From Candidatus Woesearchaeota archaeon (GTDB lineage: Archaea > Nanobdellota > Nanobdellia > Pacearchaeales > GW2011-AR1), in NCBI GenBank assembly GCA_964408905.1, contig CAYPBD010000001.1:1-37527 (forward strand): a stretch of DNA of 37,527 nt, written 5' to 3'. The notes under the pieces were generated by a model. The model was not told where the DNA came from. It did no database searches and saw nothing but the letters and a program-made list of their open reading frames with translations. A program made the translations under genes and the position numbers. Positions 1 to 6,574 of the stretch are shown here, in pieces. The first letter of the stretch is position 1. The number at the start of each line of letters is the position of its first letter.

Positions 1-378
1 AAATGTAGTTAATCTGTAAGTCATTTTCTTAATCTTCACTTTACCTTTTCGTATAATTGACTGCGGAATCAGTTCTTTTATCCATGTTGCAAAATTTTCT
101 AAAGGAACTGTATGGGTGGCTACACTTTCTTTTAATTTTGAAGAAAGAACTTCTAATTCATTTAATTTTTGTTTATATCCAAGCAAACTTAGTAAAACAA
201 TATTCTTAGTTTTCTCTTTAGGACTTTCTCCAACGATGCGGGTTACAATAATTTTTCCATCTTGTTCTTCAAAGAGGGCATTTAAAGGAATTTCTTTTAT
301 TACCTCACCCCTGCTTTCAAGTATATCTAATCTCTTTTCTATCTTCTCAAATCTTTTTTTAATTTCCTCTTCATTCAT
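1..378 (-). CDS. hypothetical protein, truncated by the window edge (start present, 3' end outside window); paralog of the adjacent gene, probable winged-helix C-terminal part
   Basis: Not in the supplied track because no stop lies inside the window. A reverse-strand ATG at 378..376 opens a stop-free frame down to nt 1: MNEEEIKKRFEKIEKRLDILESRGEVIKEIPL...KVKIKKMTYRLTTF. The N-terminus parallels MEEEVKKEFEKVWKKIQELEGK of ORF 371..769. The start overlaps the last codons and stop (371..373) of that gene by 8 nt. Confidence 0.5.
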   Translation of the reverse strand, partial: MNEEEIKKRFEKIEKRLDILESRGEVIKEIPLNALFEEQDGKIIVTRIVGESPKEKTKNIVLLSLLGYKQKLNELEVLSSKLKESVATHTVPLENFATWIKELIPQSIIRKGKVKIKKMTYRLTTF

Positions 379-769
379 TTTTATTTTCTAAAAATTTAAT
401 TCCAGAATTTGTCAATTTCCAAAATTTTTGCTTTGTTTTTTTATCCGTAATCTCTACAGGCATAATGAACCCACTCTTATGAAGAGATTGGAATTTATCT
501 GCTATATTCTTGGGAACTTTTTCTCGTATTTCATGGAAACCTTCTTTTATCTCTTTAGTTGAGAATGCAAAAATATTTTTTAGTTTTTCCATTCCATGCA
601 TTATAAATAATGTCTTTTCAGGATCGCTTTTAAGATTGAATTCTAAGAACATTTCTCTTAACGACTTTTCACGAGTTTCTTGCTGGGAGACATTTTCAAT
701 TCTTTTCCCTTCTAACTCTTGAATTTTTTTCCAGACTTTTTCAAATTCTTTTTTTACTTCTTCTTCCAT
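371..769 (-). CDS. hypothetical protein, coiled-coil N-terminus plus winged-helix-like C-terminus
   Basis: Track ORF 371..805. I prefer the internal ATG at 769 (M13). It aligns with the N-terminus of the downstream paralog and lies 1 nt after the stop (771..773) of the upstream gene. The C-terminal stretch KNIADKFQSLHKSGFIMPVEITDKKTKQKFWKLTNSGIKFL has a helix-turn-helix plus wing pattern. Confidence 0.55.
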   Translation of the reverse strand: MEEEVKKEFEKVWKKIQELEGKRIENVSQQETREKSLREMFLEFNLKSDPEKTLFIMHGMEKLKNIFAFSTKEIKEGFHEIREKVPKNIADKFQSLHKSGFIMPVEITDKKTKQKFWKLTNSGIKFLENKNE

Positions 770-770
770 T

Positions 771-995
771 TTAATATTTTTTATATTCCCACCTTCCCCT
801 TTCATCTTTTCGCCTTTCTAATATTTCCTCTTGACATAAGAATGTTAAAAGTTGGGAAAGTAAACTGATTTTTTTACCCGAAATAGAGAATCCTTTTTGG
901 TCCAATTTTTCTACTACTTCTTCAATAGATTTGAATTCATCAAAGAAGCCCTCTTTATGTAACTTCTTGAGCATATCTTTATTTATCTTAACCAT
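771..995 (-). CDS. small winged-helix-like DNA-binding protein (hypothetical)
   Basis: 74-aa ORF. The segment GFSISGKKISLLSQLLTFLCQEEILERRKDERGRWEYKKY fits a wHTH recognition helix plus beta wing. It is the first of three back-to-back small genes on the minus strand. Confidence 0.5.
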   Translation of the reverse strand: MVKINKDMLKKLHKEGFFDEFKSIEEVVEKLDQKGFSISGKKISLLSQLLTFLCQEEILERRKDERGRWEYKKY

Positions 996-1105
996 AGAAA
1001 TACAATACCCGCATCTTTTATAAAACTTTTGGTACCAATCAATAAGAGCTATTATTGAATCATTTCTTGGATATTTCTTATTAGAAAGTGTTTATTAGAA
1101 AATAA

Positions 1106-1169
1106 TAAAATATCTTTTGTGGTAAACTTAGTAAAGATATCATTTTATGTCAAAAAGAAATTATTTGAA
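1106..1169. repeat. 64-bp direct repeat, copy 1
   Basis: taaaatatcttttgtggtaaacttagtaaagatatcattttatgtcaaaaagaaattatttgaa. It matches 1371..1434 at a 265-nt offset with 3 mismatches (1115, 1160, 1167). It contains an 8-bp inverted repeat, atatcttt (1110-1117) / aaagatat (1133-1140). Confidence 0.9.
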
Positions 1170-1370
1170 TTACAGGGGCTAATTTAAGAAATATAAAATA
1201 TTTCTCTTTGATGTTTTATCTTAAATGACATATCCAATTTATGCAGATATCTTATTTTATACAAAAAATGAAATAACATTAATTATTACCAAAATTACTA
1301 TTATATTTTCTTAATCTACTTTTTCAATATTTATGAGGGGATTGTGCTAAAAAATCTTAATTTATAGAAT

Positions 1371-1434
1371 TAAAATATCCTTTGTGGTAAACTTAGTAAA
1401 GATATCATTTTATGTCAAAAAGAACTTATTTAAA
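1371..1434. repeat. 64-bp direct repeat, copy 2
   Basis: taaaatatcctttgtggtaaacttagtaaagatatcattttatgtcaaaaagaacttatttaaa, 61/64 identical to 1106..1169. The two copies bracket 201 bp of very AT-rich DNA. Confidence 0.9.
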
Positions 1435-1490
1435 CCCCTCCATCCTAATAATATTACAAAATTCCTTTAGATAGAATCTGGAGGATGTCG

Positions 1491-1510
1491 CCTTGCTCTT
1501 CGGGGCAAGG
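1491..1510 (-). terminator. GC-rich stem-loop just downstream of the MazF-like gene stop
   Basis: ccttgctc-ttcg-gggcaagg forms an 8-bp stem (one G:U pair) with a tetraloop (UUCG on the plus strand, CGAA on the minus strand). It is the only GC-rich patch in the intergenic region and lies 10 nt 3' of the stop at 1520. No oligo-T tract follows on the minus strand, so a terminator role is uncertain. Confidence 0.3.
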
Positions 1511-1519
1511 TCTGAAAAA

Positions 1520-1915
1520 TTAAAGGGACAAAATCCCTTTTATTCTCTTTTTTATTTCATTAAAATCATTTACACTGACACGCCCCATTTTACGAATTAA
1601 TCTAGAAGAATCAATTACTCTGGATTGACTTAATAATGCGGTGCTAATAATTCCTGTTTTTCCATCAAAAGAATAATAAAATTTTCCTGTTTTAGTTGCT
1701 TTAGTAAGGGGGATAATATGACAAAGTTGTTTACTAAAAATTTTTAATATTAATACTGGACGAGTAAATTCAACATGTTTCCCATCCTCTTCCCAACCAA
1801 TATTCTCACCAACTTTACACATCCAAATTTCTCTTTGATTATACCACATAGGATAGAAACCATTGTTGTTTGTTGCTATTTTTACAGGAACCCACTTTCT
1901 ATAATCTTTTATCAT
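1520..1915 (-). CDS. MazF/PemK-family toxin-like protein (putative endoribonuclease)
   Basis: REIWMCKVGENIGWEEDGK..FTRPVLILKIF...IIPLTK...ALLSQSRVIDSSRLIRKMGRVSVNDFNEIKKRI. This aligns by eye with the MazF/EndoA signature GD[IV][WY]..L....G.E..G.RP.[LV][IV][LI] ... P.T ... LL.Q.R.ID..RL..K.G.L. The ATG overlaps the upstream stop (ATGA at 1912-1915). Confidence 0.75.
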   Translation of the reverse strand: MIKDYRKWVPVKIATNNNGFYPMWYNQREIWMCKVGENIGWEEDGKHVEFTRPVLILKIFSKQLCHIIPLTKATKTGKFYYSFDGKTGIISTALLSQSRVIDSSRLIRKMGRVSVNDFNEIKKRIKGILSL

Positions 1916-3375
1916 TTCACAACCTCCCCCAACTTCCTCAAAATCTCAACCTCTGCCATTGTATCCATCTCACAATATTTTTCCAAAGCATCACGAACTT
2001 TCTTTTTTTCTTCATCAGAAACATTCTCTAAAAAAGTAATTCTCTCCCACTCATAACTTGCAAAATCTCCTTTCTTAATATCCAAATCCTGATAAGACAA
2101 ATCACTCAAAACAGGCAGAACATACTTAATTGAAGCAGAACCTTTTTGTTTAGAATCATAATACCAAAAATTCCTAAAAACATCCCACAAATCTTTTACT
2201 CGAGGTTCAATATTTTTCTCAAACCAATCCTGAAATTCTGGAATCGCCTTTGCACACTCTCTCATAACTCCTTTTTCAAAACTCTGATTATAAACTAAAA
2301 CACTTCCCTTATCCCCTAAATTATCTTTCAAAGCCTGCATAAATTTAGGCCTCGGGTCATCAACACCATCTGCCAAAAAACTAATATGTTTTAATTCTCC
2401 ACCTTGCTTTTTCTGAATATGCAAACTAAACTGAAAAGGAATTCTTTGATATGGTTTCATTCCATCAAACTTCGGAATCACAGGATTAATTGTTTCAAAA
2501 TCAAGATAATAAATAGGATATTTCAAATTCTTTAAAAAATTCTTAATTTTTTTCTTATTAACATGCTCACCACCTTTTTCAGACAATGCTCTTTGAATCA
2601 TTTGCTTTTCATTTAATTTAATATCATCTGGCACTTCTTCAATTTTAACAATTCCAGAATCATATAACTCAAAACATTTTTTCTTTCTCATTCTATAAAA
2701 TTCAAAAATATTTCCTTCAGGAACATCTTTCCAACATTCTTTCACTAACGAACAATCATAAGGGTCAGAACAATAAACTCCAATACAAGTCTTCGGCTCT
2801 TCTTTAGAATCAACAATCTTCAACATATTCTCAATTCTTTTTTCAATTCCTTCTGAAAACTCTTCAACTTTCTCAGTTATATCTGTTTGAACAAATAATT
2901 CACTAGGTTCAATCTCCCCATCTCTAACATACTCATTATTAATATGCATCAAAAAACACTTTCTAATTTTCAAACCCGCTTTCTCACAAACATATTTCTG
3001 AAAACTAACATCTTCAAGATTAATATCTTTTATTTTAGTAGCACTTTTAACTTCAATAATATCCCACTCATCACCTACAGGAAATAAAATATCAGCTCTC
3101 AAATACAAATCATCAACTTTAAACGACGCCTCAAACAAAGGAACTTTCTCAGATAATAATTGCTTTGTCTTCTCTATTGTCTCATTAAAATCTTCTGTTG
3201 GAATTCTTTTTCCATCTGGAAAAACTTTAGTAGCCAACTCTCCAATCATAGAACCAACATCAAACTTTTGCTGTGCAATCACATCTGGCTCAGGAATTCT
3301 ATCTTTCTGATTTTTAGTAATCCAAAGTAATCTAGGACACTGCAAACCCAATAAGTAATTTGATTTTGTTAGCAT
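1912..3375 (-). CDS. DUF2779-type protein: N-terminal PD-(D/E)xK (Cas4/RecB-like, Cys cluster) nuclease plus C-terminal DEDD/RNase H-like exonuclease domain
   Basis: N-terminal half: RADILFPVGDEWDIIEVKS (D95, E108-x-K110), with cysteines C13, C197, C202, C208 and C214 (CIGVYCSDPYDCSLVKEC) arranged like a Cas4/AddB Fe-S cluster. C-terminal half: PIYYLDFETINPVIP...IPFQFSLH...VLVYNQSFE...YCEMDT, which is exonuclease-like and matches my memory of the DUF2779 architecture. Confidence 0.7.
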   Translation of the reverse strand: MLTKSNYLLGLQCPRLLWITKNQKDRIPEPDVIAQQKFDVGSMIGELATKVFPDGKRIPTEDFNETIEKTKQLLSEKVPLFEASFKVDDLYLRADILFPVGDEWDIIEVKSATKIKDINLEDVSFQKYVCEKAGLKIRKCFLMHINNEYVRDGEIEPSELFVQTDITEKVEEFSEGIEKRIENMLKIVDSKEEPKTCIGVYCSDPYDCSLVKECWKDVPEGNIFEFYRMRKKKCFELYDSGIVKIEEVPDDIKLNEKQMIQRALSEKGGEHVNKKKIKNFLKNLKYPIYYLDFETINPVIPKFDGMKPYQRIPFQFSLHIQKKQGGELKHISFLADGVDDPRPKFMQALKDNLGDKGSVLVYNQSFEKGVMRECAKAIPEFQDWFEKNIEPRVKDLWDVFRNFWYYDSKQKGSASIKYVLPVLSDLSYQDLDIKKGDFASYEWERITFLENVSDEEKKKVRDALEKYCEMDTMAEVEILRKLGEVVK

Positions 3376-3376
3376 T

Positions 3377-3919
3377 TTATTTCTTGTATAAATTACCTTT
3401 TCTATTTATTTTATCATACATAAACATTGCTTTATCTATTTGTCTTGGAGTAAAATCATAATCATTACTCAATTGTCTTATTATCTTAAGATATAATAAC
3501 CAATCTTTAATATTAAAAACATCTTTTCTATATTTTACTAATCCTAAATTGTATAAACTATGCCACGCTCTTATATCAATAACACCATATTTCTCAGGAT
3601 AAGTAATTGTTAATATAGCAGATGCCATTGGTATTGAAACTCCATTAAGTGAAGTTAAAACTCGCATCTTTATCTCTTCACTATCTACTTCAAATGCAAA
3701 TTTAGTAATTTTTTCAATAACTTCGTCAGAATTATCCTCAGCTTTCCTAATAGCTCTAACAGATTTCCATCTTACTATTTCAAGAAAATTATTCTTAGTC
3801 AAATACTTCCTATTTTTAATATCATTTCCAATTTTCTCAAATAATCTTTCTTCTTTACTTGCATAACTAATTTTTTTATACTTTTTTATTAAATTTAAAA
3901 TTTCTTCTTGATTTATCAT
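3377..3919 (-). CDS. OGG-fold / helix-hairpin-helix-like protein (uncharacterised family)
   Basis: FLEIVRWKSVRAIRK ... LNGVSIPMASAILTITYPEKYGVIDIRAWHSL matches the pattern I recall for proteins annotated '8-oxoguanine DNA glycosylase OGG fold protein' (WK..R ... L.GVG...ASAIL....P..YPI.D.RA). Its stop is 1 nt from the next gene's ATG. Confidence 0.5.
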   Translation of the reverse strand: MINQEEILNLIKKYKKISYASKEERLFEKIGNDIKNRKYLTKNNFLEIVRWKSVRAIRKAEDNSDEVIEKITKFAFEVDSEEIKMRVLTSLNGVSIPMASAILTITYPEKYGVIDIRAWHSLYNLGLVKYRKDVFNIKDWLLYLKIIRQLSNDYDFTPRQIDKAMFMYDKINRKGNLYKK

Positions 3920-3953
3920 TAAATCATTCAGAAAAAGAGGGATTTAAGTTTAT

Positions 3954-5132
3954 CTATTTCTTCCTCTGCATAATAACATTCTTCTTGCTTCTCTTTTCCA
4001 AGACCAAAACTTTTTCTCGTCCTGTTTTCATATCCTTAACTTTAAACTTTTTTTTCTTAACTTCCTGAGCTCCAACAAAAATAACTTGCTGAATATTATA
4101 TGAATTAGCATATTCAAGTGCTTTAGAAGGTTTACCAAAAAAGATTGAAACAAGATTATCTCTTTTTCTCAATTCATTTGCAATTTTAATAGCCTGTTTA
4201 TCTTCATTTAAAGAAACAACTAAAACACTTTTTTTATTTGTATTGAGATTTAATTTTGAAATAATTGATAATCTTTCTAATCCCGTCCCAAATCCAAAAC
4301 ATTGAGTTCCATTAATATTATAACTTCCTCCTCCACAAATAGTTTCTTTAATATTAGATTTAACTTCAAAAATAGTTCCTGAGTAATAACTCAATCCTCT
4401 AGCTAAAAAAGGAGCGAATTTTACTGAAAATCCAAATAATTTACAATACTTCATTAAAATTATTATTTCTTTATAACTTTCAAATTTATTAAAATATTTT
4501 TCACCTTCATTAATTGATTTTAATAATTTATCTGCTCCTAATTTTTTAAGTTCTATTTGTGTTTTTTGAACTCCTTGTTTATCAAGTTTATCCAATTCTC
4601 TAATAATTTTATCCTTATTTTTATTAATTTTTAAATCATCTAAGATTTCATTTAGCAATTTTCTGTTATTAATTAAAATTGTGAATTTCACATTTAATCT
4701 ATTCAAAATGTCATTTACTAATGCAAGAATTTCAACTTCATCTTTTACTGAACTTCCAATAATATCTGCATCACATGCAATAAATTGCCTCCCTCTATTT
4801 CCTTGAATAGGTTCATCTCTAAATACTGGTCCAATTTGATATCTTTTATAAGGTAATTTCTTATTCTTAGCCAACCTCTTTAATTGAAACGTAAATTCAT
4901 AACGTAAAGCCAATTTTCTTTTTCCCTTATCTCTCAACTTGAAAATATCACTAACTGCCTCATCTTCTTTATTCTCTCCTTTAACAAACTCTTCATTTTC
5001 TATAATTGGAGTTTCAGCAGGTTCAAAACCATATTTTTCGAAAGTTTCAACTAAAATTTTTCTTATTTCTGCTCTTTTCTGAGCTTCTACTCCAATATAA
5101 TCTCTAAATCCTTTTACTAAATCTGTTTTCAT
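3954..5132 (-). CDS. hisS: histidine--tRNA ligase (class II HisRS)
   Basis: VKGFRDYIGVEAQKR...YGFEPAETPIIENEEF gives the HisRS N-terminal motifs. LRYEFTFQLKRL...YQIGPVFRDEPIQGNRGRQFIACDADIIG is motif 2, and GGGSYNI...GFGTGLERL is motif 3. The C-terminal part VLVVSLNEDKQAIKIANELR...VIFVGAQE looks like an anticodon-binding domain. Confidence 0.85.
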   Translation of the reverse strand: MKTDLVKGFRDYIGVEAQKRAEIRKILVETFEKYGFEPAETPIIENEEFVKGENKEDEAVSDIFKLRDKGKRKLALRYEFTFQLKRLAKNKKLPYKRYQIGPVFRDEPIQGNRGRQFIACDADIIGSSVKDEVEILALVNDILNRLNVKFTILINNRKLLNEILDDLKINKNKDKIIRELDKLDKQGVQKTQIELKKLGADKLLKSINEGEKYFNKFESYKEIIILMKYCKLFGFSVKFAPFLARGLSYYSGTIFEVKSNIKETICGGGSYNINGTQCFGFGTGLERLSIISKLNLNTNKKSVLVVSLNEDKQAIKIANELRKRDNLVSIFFGKPSKALEYANSYNIQQVIFVGAQEVKKKKFKVKDMKTGREKVLVLEKRSKKNVIMQRKK

Positions 5133-5149
5133 TTCATCCTCTATTTAAG

Positions 5150-5221
5150 GGTGGAAGGAGAGAATCGAACTCTCGTTTTGCGGACCACAACCACACGTTC
5201 TGCCATTAAACTACATCCACC
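5150..5221 (-). tRNA. tRNA-His (anticodon GUG) with genomically encoded G-1
   Basis: Reverse complement: G(-1) GTGGATG TA GTTT AATGGCA GAAC G TGTGG TTGTGGT CCGCA AAAC GAGAG TTCGATT CTCTC CTTCCAC C. It folds as a cloverleaf with one U:U in the acceptor stem. The anticodon loop uuGUGgu gives His. The extra 5' G (nt 5221) pairs with discriminator C73, the tRNA-His hallmark. CCA is not encoded. Confidence 0.9.
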
Positions 5222-5380
5222 ATATTTAATTAAAGATAAATCTAATTTATAACTTTTTCCAGAATCCAAAGCACAGCTAAATAAATCTCTTCTTTTAGTA
5301 ATGGGGATAACTCCACATTTTAGCTGTCATAAAAATACATAAGAAAAAGGGTTTTTAAATTTAACTTTCATATATCTTCA

Positions 5381-6574
5381 ATGGGAATAGTATTCAAAAA
5401 ACAAAAAGATAATCTTGCTTTAACAAACATGGGCAAACTTTCTATAATTTTCTTCATTGTATCAATATCTTCTGCAATCGTAAGCACAATCTGGGCAGTT
5501 TACATGGATAGTTTTCTAAAAAGTGTAGTCATTGTAGGATTCATCTCAGCTGCATTAACATTAACTTCTTTTTTGTCTTATTTCTTTTTTATTCCTTTAA
5601 TACAAAAAGCAGACAAATCAAAAATTTATTTATTTTCTTTGCTTCTTTTTGCAGTAACTTATGCATTATTTGCAATAAATACTAAATTTTATTTTTTTAT
5701 AATTCTCGCTTTTATTATAACAATATTAGGAGCTTTGAGAGTTACAAGTTTTGGGATTATTGTCAAAGATAAATCAGGTGAAAGACAACTTTCAAGAAAT
5801 GAGGGATTAATATATACTTTCTCAAATATTGCTTGGGTTATTGGTCCATTAATAGCAGGTTATATCTCTGACAGATTTGGATTAAATTTAATTTTTAGTC
5901 TTGCTGCAATCTTTCTTCTCATAGCATTTTTGCTTTTCAAAGTATCAAAAATAAAAGATGGCAATATTCAAAAAAAGATTAATAAAAATGTAATCAAAAA
6001 TTTCTTAGATTTTTTTAAAGATAAAAAAAGATTTCATGCTTATTTACTCGGAGGAGGAGTTAATTTATGGTGGTCCCTAATATATCTTTTTATTCCTCTT
6101 TATATTATTAGAAATGGTTTGGAAACAATTTGGGTTGGTTATTTTCTTTTTGCTATAGCAGTTCCATTAATGATTTTTGAATTTTATTTTTCTAAATTAA
6201 CAGCAAAAATTGGTTTTAAAAAAATATTCAAAATTGGTTTTTTAATTCCCGCAGTTCTTGTTATAATATGTTTTTTTATAACTAATGTTTACATAGTTTT
6301 GGGTTTATTAGCTCTTGCAAGTGTAGGTCTTGCAATGCTTGAACCAACAACAGAAGCTTATTTCTTTGATGTAATAAAAAAGAAAGAGGTATGTAGATTC
6401 TACGGCCCATATAATACAACAGTAGAAGTCAATGATTTCTTAGGAAAAATTATCTCAGCCACCCTTTTAATTTTCCTCCCATTCAAATTCATTTTCTTAC
6501 TCTTCGGAGCATTTATGTTATTTTTTGTATTCTTATCTTTTAAAATAAAAGATATAATTGAAAGTAAAAAATGA
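5381..6574 (+). CDS. MFS-type transporter
   Basis: About 12 hydrophobic helices, with an MFS-like loop motif after TM2/TM3 and again around GPLIAGYISDRFG. The stop overlaps the start of the next gene (ATGA at 6571-6574). Confidence 0.7.
   Translation: MGIVFKKQKDNLALTNMGKLSIIFFIVSISSAIVSTIWAVYMDSFLKSVVIVGFISAALTLTSFLSYFFFIPLIQKADKSKIYLFSLLLFAVTYALFAINTKFYFFIILAFIITILGALRVTSFGIIVKDKSGERQLSRNEGLIYTFSNIAWVIGPLIAGYISDRFGLNLIFSLAAIFLLIAFLLFKVSKIKDGNIQKKINKNVIKNFLDFFKDKKRFHAYLLGGGVNLWWSLIYLFIPLYIIRNGLETIWVGYFLFAIAVPLMIFEFYFSKLTAKIGFKKIFKIGFLIPAVLVIICFFITNVYIVLGLLALASVGLAMLEPTTEAYFFDVIKKKEVCRFYGPYNTTVEVNDFLGKIISATLLIFLPFKFIFLLFGAFMLFFVFLSFKIKDIIESKK

Noticed and set aside
116-722. Plus-strand track ORFs 116..391 and 510..722
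   Set aside because: They lie antisense to better-supported minus-strand genes. Their translations are Phe/Ser/Ile-rich low-complexity strings, typical of the reverse frame of Lys/Glu-rich genes in AT-rich DNA.

The same reasoning applies to these track ORFs: 1775..2056, 8625..8858, 9271..9465, 9521..9727, 11341..11529, 11805..11993, 12585..12770, 13913..14095, 15558..15800, 15931..16113, 17755..18009, 20378..20569, 20461..20655, 23430..23729, 25637..25867, 27095..27424, 27535..27795, 29058..29291, 30916..31143, 31349..31591, 33863..34075, 34870..35067, 35456..35665, 35707..35892 and 36226..36420.
1106-1434. The 64-bp repeat pair as a degenerate CRISPR mini-array
   Set aside because: There are only two copies. 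The repeat length (64 nt) and the spacer (201 nt) are far outside CRISPR geometry, and no cas genes or leader-like organisation are present.
1437-1515. tRNA-like or other structured RNA gene around the GC-rich hairpin
   Set aside because: Only one convincing stem (1491-1510) plus a weak 6-bp pairing (cctcca/tggagg) can be drawn. No cloverleaf or T-loop motif is present.
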